Below, piece by piece: positions 25,050 through 38,769 of a stretch of 64,000 nt of DNA. Each line of letters opens with the position of its first letter. Position 1 is the stretch's first letter. A program made the position numbers and the translations under genes. The notes beneath the pieces are model-generated. The model was not told the origin of the DNA. It saw only the letters and a list, made by a program, of their open reading frames with translations, and ran no database searches. Origin of the DNA: Takakia lepidozioides (taxonomy: Eukaryota > Plantae > Bryophyta); NCBI GenBank assembly GCA_030704615.1, contig CM060734.1:34658001-34722000 (forward strand), read 5' to 3'.

Positions 25050-28000
25050 CTAAGTGAGGAGTAGAGGCATATTGGGGAGCAAGACATACTGTCTGCCAGG
25101 GAGAATATCAGAGATAAGGTAAGGGCCATCAATTCTTCGTTTGGCCTTGGAAATCTGCTTACCAGGATGGAGCTTTACACAAACAGACTGACCTACCTTG
25201 AATGACTCAGAATACACAACACGGCGGTTGTAATTCTTTGGCCTGAGCAGCTTGGGCAAACACAATGTTAGATTTTGCAATTACGTAATCTAGCATCCAT
25301 GGAAAGTAAAAAGACTTCCCAATTTTCAGGCTCAGTAGCCGAGACCTGTAGCCAGGAGATATGCAAAGGAGTTCTACATTTCCTACCATACAAAAGTTCA
25401 AAAGGTGAGATTTTGGTACTGGCATGGATAGAGGTCATGTAGGCAAAGAGCAAAATAGGCACAACAATATCCCATTCATCAATGAGTGCCTCATTCTTCT
25501 CAAGCATCTGGCATATAGTTTTGTTAAATCGTTTTGTCAAACCATTGCATTGGGGATTGTAGGGAGCAGTAACGGCATGCTTAGTGTTGAGATTAAACAA
25601 GACAATCTCCATAAGTTGGTTGCAAAACTCTATACCTTGATCCGTGAGGATTTCAAGAGGGGCAACCATGACGAAGTATCACCTTATCAAAGAAGAACTG
25701 CACCACCTCATCACTATCCTTAGCAACCAGAGGTCGGAGCTCAACCCATTTCGTCAGGTAGTCCGTAGCAACCGCAAGGTACGCATGGCCCTTGGATGTG
25801 GATTTAAGGGGTCTGACTAGATCTAAGCCAACCTTGGCAAATGGTTCAGTCACCGGGATTGGCTGTAAAGGTAAAGGAGCTTTGGTTCTAGGTAGGATGG
25901 TTTTAGCATGACAGGGCACACACCTTGCAATGAAAGCTGAGACATCTTTAACTAAGTCTTTCCAGTGATACTGCTCCTGTAATCTCTTGACAGTTTTAGC
26001 AACCCCCAAATGGCCAGCATAAGTAGAAGCATGGTACAATTCAAGCAAAGCAGGGACAGCGGACCTAGAAGGGACTTCCACAGCAGAGGTACCTTCCAAA
26101 GCAGTGACTCTGAACAATCTCCCTTCACTTTCCCGGTGGCTGGGTAAGTGATAATTGACTTGCCTCATGAGCAGCTTGGATATGCCACTAAGGTGGGTGT
26201 CGGTTTTGCACCTATGGAGAAGAGCATCGTATAATGGATCATCCATGCTTACATCACTCATGGCCACACAACAGCAGGTTAGTGCAAGAAAGTGGCAGCC
26301 CCCGTTCTCTTCTTTTCGTAATCCTGACTTCATTTTCAGTTGGCTGCCTATGAGGAGGCAAGCAGGCTGTAAGGCTCAGCTCAGGCCCTCGGTCGGGAAA
26401 CAAACCAAAGCAGGTGCAAGACAAGATGAGCAGTTCTAAGGTAAGGGAAAGTACCAGACCCTTCTGTAGGATACCAGACCAGAATTCATGACAATACCAG
26501 GGGAGAGTCAACCAACATCAAACTGAAGAAGATCCCAAGTGTCAAGCAAATATGGAGGAACATAAGGGTAATCCAGCAAATGACACAAGGCACAGGGATC
26601 TGAAACAGGTATAACAGGTGATGTAGAGTGTGCAGCAGGGGAGACTACATCATTTAAGGTAGTGTAAGGTGCAGGGATTTTGGATTCGCCTCGAGTCAAA
26701 GCATCTACATTAACATTATCCTTCCCACGCTTGTAGGAGATGGTAAAGTCATAGCCTTGCAGAGTAAGAGCCCACCGAGCTAATCTGCCAGTGAGTTCAT
26801 GAGGGGTTAGTAAGGCTTTTAAAGGCAGATGATCAGTTTCAATGGTAAAATGACAGCCATGTAAAAACTGCCTAAAATATTTGACTCCAAAGATAACTGC
26901 ATGGCCTTCCTTGGTGATAGAGTAATTACGCTCATGTTTATCAAGGCGGCGAGAGGCGTAAGCGATGGCATGCTCCTGACCATCTTGAATCTGGCTCAAC
27001 ACTGCAGAGATAGCTAGATCACTGGCATCAGTTTGCAAGAGAAATGACAAGGTAAAATCAGGATAAGCAAGCACAGGAGCAGAGGTTAGGGCAATTTTGA
27101 GTTTCTCAAAGGCGGATGCTTCAGCGGTACCCCATACAAAACGAGCATCCTTGGATAACAAGCGAGTGAGTGGAGTAGCTAGTTTGGCAAATTGGAAAAT
27201 AAAATGACGATAGTAAGAACCCAAGCCCAAGAAGACCTTAACACATGTTTTATCCCTAGGGGCTGGATAGTTCCACCCAGCCTGGATCTTAGCTGCGTCA
27301 GGATTGATGCCAATAGTAGAAAGCAGATGGCCCAAGAAATGTAGTTGTTCCATACAAAAATCACACTTCTTGGCTTTTACTTTAAGCCCGACTGCACGAA
27401 GTCTACACACAACCCGCTGCAAATCCAACAAATGAGCATCAAATGTTGTAGAAATGTTGATGTCATCAATGTAAACTAATGCACACTCCTAATGAAGGTT
27501 TCCTAAAACAATGTCCATAAGGCGCTGAAAGGTAGCAGTGGCGTTGCAAAGACCAAAAAGCATGGTTTCAAATTGGAAGAGGCCCATCCTACAGGTGAAG
27601 GCAGTTTTCTCCTTAGCCACAGCAGTTAAAGGAACTTGCCAAAAACCAGAGGCTAAATCTAATGAAGAGAAGATAGTGGCCCCATTAAGTTGATCCAGCG
27701 TTTCATTGATGCGTGACAAAGGGTAGACATCTCTCTTGGTGATGGCATTTAAACGCCGAAAGTCAACGCAAAAACGGGTGGAGCCATCCTTCTTACCTAA
27801 CAAGACAATGGGACTGGCCCAAGGGGATATGGAGGGGGTGATCACACCAGCATCAAGCATCTTGGTAATCTTTTCCTGAATGACTGTGCACTCACGAACA
27901 CTCTCTCTATAAGCATGTTGTTTGATAGGCTTACCATCCGTGATAATGTCATGGTCCAGAAGGGTGGTGCAGCCCAAGTCATGAAGCCCTTTACTAAAGA

Positions 28001-28633
28001 TGTCGACATTGTCACGGAGAAATTGGTGCAGGCGATTGATCTGCTGGGGAGCAAGATGATCACCCACCTTGATATCCTTTAAGACCTGCTGGAAATGTTG
28101 CTCTGCTTCAGGAGTAAGCGTGCCTTTGTCAGTGGAACCAGAATGAGAGGCAAACACCTGGAGTTGGTCCACAGGGGAGTCCACCAGCTCAATATCATGA
28201 AGACTGAGACCCTTCTGAACAGAGGCCAACTCAGACAAATGAGAAGCAGTGAGCCTAGCAAAGACCTGACCCTTGCGGATGCTGATGCTGATACGTTCTG
28301 GATTAGCAATCAGTAATCTGACCTCTCCCTTGAATCCCCTGTCTAAAACCCCGGATGCAACCCAGACAGTGCTTTTGGAGGGTAAGTTTTTTCCAGCCTT
28401 CAACTTCAAGGCAGGGATGTTGAAGTCAACTGGAGAACATAGCAACAGGGTATTTTTTTGTCACAGGCAGGGGAGGTCCAGACTTCTTACCTGGTGGAGG
28501 GAAATGCCATTGGTACAAAGTATCACCAAGTGGTTGGAACTGGCTGAATCTGGCCCAATTATAATGCAAACCCACCTGCTCCTTCATTTGCTCAGCTTGA
28601 AGCATAGTTGGCCATAGAGGTCCCAGTGGCAAT
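25050..28633 (-). pseudogene. Ty3/gypsy pol (dUTPase-like, RT, RNase H, integrase), 5'-truncated by a CACTA insertion
   Basis: SPWASPIVLLGKKDGSTRFCVDFRRLN, LDLASGFWQ, FGLCNATATFQRLMD, LVYIDDI (~27465-27485), LQTDASD...ETDHLPL, integrase YHASTYAGHLG...CVPCH, VGLDLV, TDQGIEF, YNPQCNG, DGPY; multiple stops and frameshifts. Confidence 0.92.
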
Positions 28634-31600
28634 CACTACAGCAAATGGGGGGGGGGGGGGGTTTGCGACGCCAGCCGCGCCCCCACGCCCCGCGCGGCGC
28701 CGAGCATGCGATGCCAACCCCGCGGAGCGTGTTTGCGACGCCGGGCCGTCGCAGCCAAACCCCGCAGGTCGCCAACTGGCGCCGGGGCCCGTCGCCCCCA
28801 GTGAAGGGGAGAAGCCAGCCCTTACTGGCGACGGCCGGTCGTGGCAAGCCCAAAAAAAAAGCCCTTTCTTACCCTTTCTTTCATCGCAGCCCTTTTTTGC
28901 GACGCCCGGCCGTCGCATGGTGGCATGAAGGGCAAAAGGCCCCTGCGACGGCCGGGCGTCACAAACAGCCTGGCTGTCCTATTCTTTCAAACAAAAAAAC
29001 ATGTCACATTTGGCGACGGCATGCCGTCGCCAATTGCGACCCCCGGCCTCATAAATCCATTCTTTCAAAACAAAAAAACAGGTCGCAGTTGGCGACCCCC
29101 AGCCTCATAAATCCTAAAAACCGCGTCACAGGTTACGACGCATGGGGGTCGCAGGCAGCGACTGCAGGGCTTTCTAGGTTTAGGTTTAGGGCCTTTGGCG
29201 GTTTTTAGTTTTTTTTTTTTATATATGGTACTGGGGTAGGGTGTTTGTTTTTCTTTATGGTTTAGCTTGTTGTTGTGGACCTTCTTATAGACTGTGACAT
29301 TCATTTTGATAATTCTCTTGATACCACATCTGTATGTGTTGCTCCAACATATTCATTGCCTCTGCCTTCTTTCTTGAAAGACTACCAGCCACAGCCATAT
29401 TTGATCAATCATAGAAATAAACTACAATATGCATGTACATGTACAATCAATCGAAGGGATGGGTCCAGTTCGGTGCGAGAATTGTTATGTAGCTTTGATT
29501 TTGTGTCTAATCAACTTGAACGTCATCATCCGGAGCTTCTTCCTCCTCATCAAGCTGCAAGTCTTCTTGGTCATCGGAGTCATCGTCATAAATGGCCCGG
29601 CCCTCAAAAGGCACCTCCGAATCATCCTCCACCTCGTTGTCAATGGCCATGTCTTCATCTCCTTCTCCAACATCCGTATCTTTTAGAGTTTCATCATATA
29701 GGGTCCAGGATGCATTGTCCGGGGCATCATCATCCTCTTCTACCCCCTCTACCCAACCTCCATCATTAACATCATTATGACCAGTCTCTCCGTCCACCGC
29801 AATTGCCTCACCCCATGGAGATCCGAGACCATGATAGATACTTCTTCCTCTTGGCTGAGCATGCATAACCACCTTCCAATTCCCCCTTCTTTGTTTTGTC
29901 ATCGGAGGAAAAAACTTGCTCCATGTCTGAAGGCCGTGAAAAAGGCTCATCGGAGGGACGATGAGTAGGGTTGAGCCTATCTGCATTGACGCGCATGAAA
30001 CCACAATCATCTGACACTAGTGTTGCGGAGGGCCCCACAAGATGTGGCTGGAACCACCTTCCCTTGAAGAGAAGAGGCCGGTACCTTGTATACTGAAGTT
30101 GGAGTATGCTCTCAAGCTCTCCAATATACTCAAGTTTGCTCATAGCAGGTCGTGTATCTCCCTTGCCCCACACAGAGTCTTACCAATATGTGGCACACAA
30201 GCCAGAATCAAAGGTTGTTTTGCGGTTCATATCAAGAGCACGAATGCGGAAACGACGACCGTGAACCCAAACCGTCGTGTATGAGGTCACGAATTGAGAG
30301 GGCCCTTGCAATGTCTTGCACCAAATCTGAAACCACCTCTCCTTGAGCAACGACGTCATAAACTGAAATCCGAAGCCACTGTTGGAATGAACTTAGAGGC
30401 TGCAATTCCATGGGCAAATTTTGTGAAGGAACATTCCAGCGGCCCGCTCCTCGTCGTGGGCGTCTAGTAACCGGCCTTGGATGGTTCCGCCTCCATGCAA
30501 GTGTCTCCTCCTCTCGTTGCTGAACAAGATTATTGTATCTTGCCTCCCACTCATGTATGGATGGGGTGTTCTTCAGTATGAAATCGTGCGCTTGCTCAAT
30601 CACCAAGGTCGGCAATTTTACCCTCTTCAATTTTTTGGGCAAAACGATGTCTTTGGTTCGTGCATCCTCCTCTTCCTTCCACATCCGAGGGGGCTTCCTC
30701 ATCCACCCTTGCCATGTACTCCATGCAATAGAATATAGCTTCTTGCAACGTATACCCCTCCGCCATGCTACCCTCCGGGTTCACCATTTGTCTTACAAAT
30801 CCTTTCACTACAACAGATCGCAGTATATATGACTGTATATATGACTATCCCGTAGTCATAAATGGTACATATGACTGTAATGACTTTAAGTCGTGCAAAC
30901 CAAGTGAATACAATGAATACAGTATGGTCGGTCATGGATGACTGCAGTAAGATGAACCAAGTGATACATCTCACTGTCATGTGGCAGTCATATGTACTTC
31001 TACCATACATAACTTAGTGTGCTGCTGCAAACTGTACACGTGTCTTTTTTAAATTAGTCCAAGAGGTTTTGTGGATGTGCGCCATATGGCGTCTCCAGAA
31101 ACTGCCACGTGGCATATCCATGAGGAGGTCCTAGAGTCATTATCCTGACTACAAACATACTAATATCTGGACACGTAGCATATAATGAGGAGGTCTTGCA
31201 GTCATTGTCCTAACTACAAACATCCCGATATGTGGACACGTGGCATCATATGAGGGGTTTGTTAAATGTATTTGACAGTCAGAACCATGACTTTGCTTAT
31301 AAGAGCTTGTTGCCAAGTGTTTTATGGTAGATATGACACGTGTCAATGCATGATTGAAGGTTGTTTAGTGATGTTAAAGTGATATTGCTTCCTACCTATA
31401 GTAGAACCCTAGTCATGCACATGTCTTTCTGTAATCTATACTTCTATTGCTATAGGGATTCTACCTACTGCAGCTTACTACCTATACTAGAACAAATCAA
31501 TGCTTCATTCACAGGCAAGAATCACAGGAAAGAACAAAGTGAGAAAGTGCAAAGGACATAACATAGACACTTAAGATGAGCTTGTCTTAAACAACTGCCA

Positions 31601-31931
31601 GTCAAATTTACAAAATAGCACAGGAGTCCCAAAATTTGGCTCCTCAAACAACAGTTTGACAAAGTGCAAAGGACACTACATAGGCACTGAAGATAGCAAC
31701 AGAGTAACAAGATATTATCTTAAACAACTATCACTCACATTTACAAAATTGCACTACAGTCCCAAAATCAGGCTCCTCAAAACAGTCTAAGGGGGGCATC
31801 ATAACATACATGTTGCCCTCACATGTACGTCGCCCTCATGTTGCCCTCACAGTGGCTTTATTTAAAATTAACTCCTTCTCTGAACGACATATGAACCTAT
31901 GGATTTCCCTCTCCATGCCCCCTGCCCTGCA

Positions 31932-31933
<2 letters not shown>

Positions 31934-31994
<61 letters not shown>
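31934..31994 (+). repeat. (CT)n microsatellite, ~30 units
   Basis: Perfect CT run. Confidence 0.98.
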
Positions 31995-31996
<2 letters not shown>

Positions 31997-32147
31997 CATG
32001 GATAACTGAAGGAGCAGGGGTGGAGTGTGGGTTCAGATTCGTCCAACAGAGCTGGATTTGAAGCACAAAGCTACATAATATATCGATTCGCTGCCCTGCC
32101 CCCTTTAATTAAACCGATGAGACATTTTAGCATAAAGATGAAAAAAC

Positions 32148-32265
32148 GTGGAAACTAGTGGGCAGGTGCACGCTCACCTTATCCAAACTGGATTTAAGCC
32201 AGACATTTTTTTATGCAACATCTGCCTCATCAACATGTATGTTAAGTGCGGGAGCATCGCTGAAT
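32148..32265 (+). pseudogene. PLS-class PPR fragment (L-S motif junction)
   Basis: GQVHAHLIQTGFKPDIFLCN..LINMYVKCGSIAE. Confidence 0.75.
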
Positions 32266-32889
32266 ACTCACCAAATGCGGGAGCACTCTGCTGGTGGCTG
32301 GCTGGCTGCTGCGGCGGCGGCAGCCTGCTTGCTCCAACTCGTGAGCGACCTGCCAGCCACCCCCCCAAACAGTGAGCACACCATTGGCTACCCTCTCCCT
32401 CTCCTTGCCTCTCCCTCTCCTTGCCGTGCCCCTCCCTCTCTCTTTCTCTTGGCAGGAATAGCTGAAAGAGCAGGGATGGAATGTGGGTTCAGATTCATGC
32501 AAGAGGGCTGCATTTCAAGCACAAAACTACCTATGATTCTTTGCCCTGCCCCCTATAAACCAAAGAAACAATTCAGCAGATTCAGATACTTAGCTTTGTC
32601 TCTTGCATGAGTAGCTTGGAATCTGGTGGGCAAGTTAAGTGAAGGAGTAGAAGGAATCAGAAGTAATCTTGTGTTTGAAATCCGGTCCTCTTGGATGAAT
32701 CTGGACCCACACTCTAACCCTGGTCCTTCAGTTATCCCTGCATGTGTACAAATCAGACATACATCTTTGCCTTGGTGCTAGCAGCTGACACTGACGGTGT
32801 GGAGTTCTTCCAGAAAACACCCCAACCCTACTTATCACACTAGTTCCAAATCTGAAATGCATCTACTTCTCTCTGTAATCCAACAGGCA

Positions 32890-34450
32890 TTCACCTTTTC
32901 TGGAGCTGCCAGGCTTGCACACGCATTGTAAACACAAACAAATGTAATGTGGTTGGGCTTCACCCCTTCCTACATCATTTGCTCGTATGTCTCCAAAGCC
33001 TCCATCCCGCAACCCTGCTGTGCATGTCCTGCGATCATTGCGTTCCACAACACCACATCACATTCAGCCATAATGTCAAAAACCCCCTTTGCATCTTCAA
33101 TACTCCCACATTTGGCATATATATCCAGCAAGGCAGTGTTCAGAATGACATTTGGTACAATTCCAGCTTTGACAATGTCACCATGGACCTCTTTGCCATT
33201 TTCCGGGGCTGCCAGGCTTGCACATGCATTGCGAACGCCAACAAAGGTGATCTGATTGGGCTTCACCCCTTCCTGCATCATTTTCTCATATGTCTCCAAA
33301 GCCTGCATCCCACGACCCTGCTGTGCATATCCTGCAATCATTGCGTTTCACGACACCACATCACGTTCAGCCATTTTGTCAAACACTGCCTTTGCATCTT
33401 CAATGCACCCAAATTTGGCATACATGTCCACCAGGGCAGTGTTCAGATTGACGATGTCAGCATGGTCCTCTTTGCCCTTTTCCAGGGCTGCCAGGCTCGC
33501 ACACACATTGCAAACGCAAACAAATGTAATGCGGTCGGGCTTCACCCCTTCCAGCATCATTTGCTCATAGGTCTCCAAAGCATTCGTACCACACCCATGC
33601 TTGGTAAAATCCTGCCAACATTATATTCCACGTGATCAAAGATCGTTGAGGGATTCTGTTGAACACTTGGTGAGCATAGATGTACACCAGGGGAATGTTC
33701 AGAATGACATCTGGTACAATTCCAGCTTTGATAATGGTAACCATGAACCTCTTTGACCATTCCCAGGGCTGCTAGGCTTGCATATGCATATTATAAACAC
33801 AAATGAACATGACCTGGTCTAGCTTCATCCCTTCCCACATCATTTGCTCTTAGGTTTCCAAAGCCTTAATCCCATACCCATGCTGCATATACCTTGCAAT
33901 CATGGCACTCCAAAACACCACATCTCGTTCAGCCATATTGTTGAACTAGTCCCTTGCTTTCCAGCATCCAGATCTTCCATCTTGATGCACTTAAACAAGG
34001 GACAGACATACGTACCTGAATCTGCTGAAATGCCTCATTGGTTTGAAGTCTGTAGAGCCTCTGTCAGTCTACCTGCCGCAAAACATCTTAACTGGCCCAG
34101 AAGTGCCAGAAGAGGCATTGTGGACTCCCTCTCTTGATTCTCTTTCAGAAGTTGTGGTCATGGATGAGGTGCCTAGTTTTATGAACTGTGCCGCTGCAGC
34201 TGTAGCCTTTAGTTGACCATCTACCCATGCAGGTTTCTTTTAGCTATTGATCCACAGGGAATCACATCTAGTACAATTCCAGCTTTGGGGATGCAACCAT
34301 GCACCTCTTTGCCCTTTTCCAAGGCCGTCAGGCTTGCACACGCACTACAAACGCACACAAACCTGATGTGGTCGGGCTTCACCCTTCCCCAATCATTTGC
34401 TCATAGGTCTCCAAAGCCTCCATCCCGTGCCTCTGCTGTGCATACCCTGC
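32890..34450 (-). pseudogene. PLS-class pentatricopeptide repeat (PPR) gene fragments
   Basis: Repeated P-L-S triplets such as WNAMIAGHAQQGCGMEALETYEQMM.EGVKPN.ITFV..NACASLAA.E.GKEVHGDIVKAGIVPNVILNTALLDIYAKCGSIEDAKGVFDIMAECDVV; stops, deletions and frameshifts. A further small fragment lies at ~36205-36285 (-). Confidence 0.92.
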
Positions 34451-37377
34451 AAGCAGTCACCGTCCCTCGCAAACATTGGCTCAGACATATCCATAGTCCA
34501 GGCAGTACGCTCACCCCGTGATTCCAGCCCAAGTCTACCTAAGACTGCCATAGCTTGAGCACATCCGACAAAAATTCAGTGATAGGGTATTGAATGTTGG
34601 GTTTTGATGTACACATTGCATCGACTTGAGCTTGATCTCAACAGTGTCTTCTAGCTGGATAAAGAGAAGTGAAGGCTTAGAAGTCTATTATGTCCATGAG
34701 GAGAGCAAGAATTGAAGTGAAAGGATACTTTATGATGTCCGCGGGAAGCTCAAAGAGCTTATGTGACAAAGGAAGCATAAAACAAGAAAAAGATTGGTGC
34801 CCACCACAAGCAACCCGAAGACAACTACTACTTAAGGGATTGTCTAAGAGTCAAAGCCTCATGCAAATATGCTAAGCATTTCTGATCCTCTTAGTGGAAC
34901 ACCTCCTTGAGAGAAAGAAACTTTATTACATCGACAAGGGGGCTATGGGCCCATTACTAAGAGAGAAAGAGGACTTATCAGTGCCGAGAAAGAAGAATGA
35001 AATGAAATAAAATGGTGCTTGATAATTCCACGGAAAGCTCATAGAGCTTATGAGAGAGGTACATATCTGAACCAAAAAATTGTCCTCGTCATATGATGAA
35101 ATGGCAAGAAACAAGACCAGATGTGGAAGGGGCTGGAAAACGTGCCAAGAGCCCTGCAGACAAACTTGGGGACTGGTCCAGAGGTTGGCCTGGCGGTTAG
35201 ATTGCTCTCATTGGCTGGGTGAGTTTAGTGAAAACGTTGGACTCCGTTTCCAAGCAGGCCGAGGCAACTTGTCGAAGTCTTAGGGAACTGTGATTAGCAG
35301 ATTGGCAAGGCCTTTCTTATTGTTGTACATGTTGTATCAGTACACTGACGCAAAGCCACTGTGCAATCATCATGACAAAGCTTAGAAACAAAAAAGAAGA
35401 GGGAAGCATCTAACAATTTGAAAGTAATTGGCTGTCTGTACTTGCATTGAGTCTGTGTTGCAGGTTCTCCCCCTCTCCTTCTTTCTCCCTCACCAACCAA
35501 GAGACATGCATTCAAAATCTCAAAATATGAAAGGAGGATTAAGGAACATTGAAGCTGCTTCAATACAAGTGCATCATGCCAAACAGCTTAACAAGCTCAT
35601 TTACCAGCGATTCTAAGAATTTGGTCGGGCACATGTCACCTTCCTTTCGCCACCTGGGATCCCTATGGGATTGGGGGAGTCAAAGTCGCAGACAAGCGGC
35701 GGACGCCAGGGAGACGAATCGAGATAGGCTTAGCTTCAAGGCCAGGGTTCAGACCATGGAGACTACGGTCAGGGTCCCTACTAAAAAAATCTCTCTTAGA
35801 CCTTTGTAAGGACGATCTGCACTTGTGCATTATTCGATCCTATGAGACAGCCCACCATCGTGAAGAAATTCAAGGCCGAATCTGATGAGAGGTCAAAACA
35901 AGCTGAAATAGGTCGAAGAAGAAGGTGCCCTCACCACATTGTCCTCGACCTTGTGTCATGACCCATGGAGGATTTGACTGACCATGAACCCAAGAGGACC
36001 TCTTGTGTCTGCTGCTTGTGTCTGTAGTCAGGTAATGTCGGATTGCTCTGTGAGAACCACCATGGTGTAGCTGAGTGGGCGTTGATTGAAACACGGACTG
36101 TTAAGACCAAACTGACTCTCCCAATAACCTTGTAAACATCAGGAAGAATACCTCATGGTACTAACAGGAGCCAAGAGCCCACATTTGCGGTTGCGGTGCA
36201 GGTTGCGCTTCGCCCCTTCCTGCATCATTTGCTCTACAAAGCCTCCACCCCACGCCTCTGCATATCCTTTGATCATCGCATTCCATCTCTCATCTCTCGG
36301 CTCAATACTACTAAGAAAAAGCTCAGGAGAAAAAAAAAAAAAAAAAAAACAAAAAAGAGGCCAAGTCCCAGCCCTCTAATTGGCAACCCTATAAGCAACT
36401 TTTTAATTTTTTAAACCTTTTGGTTACCAAGCTTGCACTAGAAGTCATTCCGGCGACTATTTGGTGGCAAGCTCGCGCTGGTCAACCATCGTTGACCACC
36501 CTTCTGTCTAGTGCGGAGCCATACAGTCATGACGACGTCTACCAAAGTAGTCGCCCAGAGGACTACTTTGTCACGTAGTCATTTCAACGACTACGTGAAG
36601 TCCCATTTGGTCCAAAAATACAGGGAAGTCATGGTCAAAGTCAAGAAAACCATGACTACCGTGGCTCGGCTATCAGATATATTGCGATCTGTTGTAGTGT
36701 TTCAAAGTTTTCATATAATGCTCAAGGAAGTACATCCACCGAGAATGAACGGGGCCGACAATCGAAGCCTCTTCCACTAAGTGCACTACCAAGTGCACTT
36801 GGATGTCAAAGAAGGAGGGAGGAAGGTGCATCTCCAACATACACATTACCTCTGCCGTCTCCTTTTTCATGCGTGGAAAATCTGCTTCTTCCAACTCTTT
36901 GGAGCAAATCCACCGGAACAAGCCTCCCAATCTATAGATTGTCTCACGAACCTCGGGAGTCAATGTCCCATGTACTGCAATGGGCAAGATGTCTTGCAAT
37001 AGATTGTGGTAGTCATGAGACTTCAAACCATGGACCCCGTCTTCTTCGCTGAACTTCGTACAGAGGGATGACCCATAACCAGTTGGTGTTCAGACAACAC
37101 TTATGGTGGCTATCACTTTCTTGTATTTCTCCTTTGTCCATTGTCAAGGTGCGCACCTATACTTCCACCGTACAATACCCTTTGGGTCCACACCATTTTG
37201 TTCGGCCCATAGATGGCGCATGCGACCCTGCTCCTCAAGCTCCTTTTTAACACCAAGAGAATCTCCTTTTGCAGCCACTCCCTTCTTTGCCGGCGTGCCA
37301 TGAAGAACCCAAAAAAGGGACAAGTAGATATTCTTCTCAATATGCATGGGATCTAGAAGATGGCGAATCTTCAGGTC

Positions 37378-38217
37378 CTACATATATCCCCACCCACAAA
37401 GACTTACACAAAAATTTTTACGTGAAATTACACCGGAGTCTCTTTTGGTACACGTAGTACAAATGCTTGCAAGGGCAGTATGATGCCCCTTGTTCGCCAT
37501 GATCTGGAAGTCGGTGCAATTGCAGGTGGGTAATTCTGAAATGGTGATGGTGTACACCTCATTGCAAACAGCTGAGCCTGCCGTGGCCATCTGATACACA
37601 CGCCCGAAGCCTGGTGGGGGCACTTCTGTCGAGCTCTGGATTGTACAGTTCATCCAAAGTACATTCCCCATCCTTGTCTCGTTCACTTTTGAGGGAGGTC
37701 GCCGCCTCTTCAGTTTCCCCCAACGGTGTGTAGGATGCTTAGAGTTGTCGCGTCCCATTGTTCTTGCTCTCACAGGGGTCGGTGGTGGAGGCTGTGGAAG
37801 CGGAAATGGTTGTCTGGGGACATCAGTGCGCTGCACCATTCGAAATCCTACGGCAGTAAGGGCGTCGGCCTCAACCTGACTCAGATCGCAGCTTGGTTCC
37901 ATCGGCCACACCGGGGGAGCCTCTGGCATTGTTTGTATGCCGTACTTGGGCTTTCCATACACGCAAGTCATAATGTCGTGCCTGCAGAACCAGAACTGGG
38001 TGGTTGTCGCCTCCGCAAACTTTGCATGGACAAATCTTCCTGGAAAAGTAGGAGCAGGGATAGCCCCATTTGGATTCCTCCTTATCATCTCTAAACAACG
38101 ATGCCGTGTATCCACTCGAATTGCGGAACACCTACCTTGAAACGACGGCTTTGTGCGAGCAATTCTCCAATGTGACGCAGACACAGTCGTCTCCACAATG
38201 GCTTGGCCATACTGCAT
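37378..38217 (-). pseudogene. SWIM zinc-finger-containing ORF, transposon-associated
   Basis: YTITISELPTCNCTDF followed, after a frameshift near 37475, by CKHLYYV, which fits the SWIM CxCxnCxH pattern; upstream Cys/Trp motif FWFCRHDIMTCVYG. Confidence 0.6.
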
Positions 38218-38769
38218 AACAGCGGGCGGAATCTAGGGCAAGCGAGCGGTGGGAATTTCTCGCACGGAATCCCCGCTTGAAGGCGATGGCGATCTGGAAT
38301 TTCTTGGGCTTCCACTACTGGAAGACACATTGTGCGGCAAAATGACAGGACCTCGAGGTGCTGTCCGAATACTCCTGTCGGATCTCCAGGAATCCTCTTC
38401 ACACCCGGGTTCCTCTTCAATCCTCCGCCTCACAGGGCGAGTACGGACGTCCCCCTGTAGGTGTTCACCTCTGCGGTGCAGAGGCGTCCCTTTGTTTCCC
38501 GCTCAAGAACTTGTAGTATGTGGCTTGCTGCATGATTGCTCTGACGATTCCTCCGTTGTGGCCGTCAGAGTAGTACTCATGCAAGATCTGATTGTGGTTT
38601 TGGAAGGAGTGAGTGAGGAGTGGAAGGAGCGACGTTCGGTTTTGACCATTCACGCCCAAATGAGGGAGAGGCTGCATAAAGGGAAAGGCATAAGAGTGTT
38701 GTATTATGTGTGCTAATGGGATGATTACATGTGGGGGGCGTGGGGTATTTCATCCTAGAAAATGCATTA

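Larger units (their letters stand above)
30806..36699. mobile_element. Non-autonomous Pack-CACTA element carrying PPR gene fragments
   Basis: 23-bp TIRs CACTACAACAGATCGCA(G/A)TATAT with 1 mismatch; TSD TTT (30803-30805 and 36700-36702); ATGAC/GTCAT subterminal repeats; no transposase inside. Confidence 0.93.
29860..37377 (-). pseudogene. CACTA TnpD/Tnp2 transposase, C-terminal half (DUF4218/DUF4216-like), interrupted by the 30806-36699 insertion
   Basis: DLKIRHLLDPMHIEKN, KSHDYHNLLQ, LEMHLPPSFFDIQVHLVVHL...GPVHSRWMYFLEHYMKTLK|GFVRQMVNPEGSMAEGY, YIGELESILQLQY...LFKGRWF, DDCGFMRVN, DEPF...EQVF. Removing the insert plus one TTT restores the frame exactly. Confidence 0.9.
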
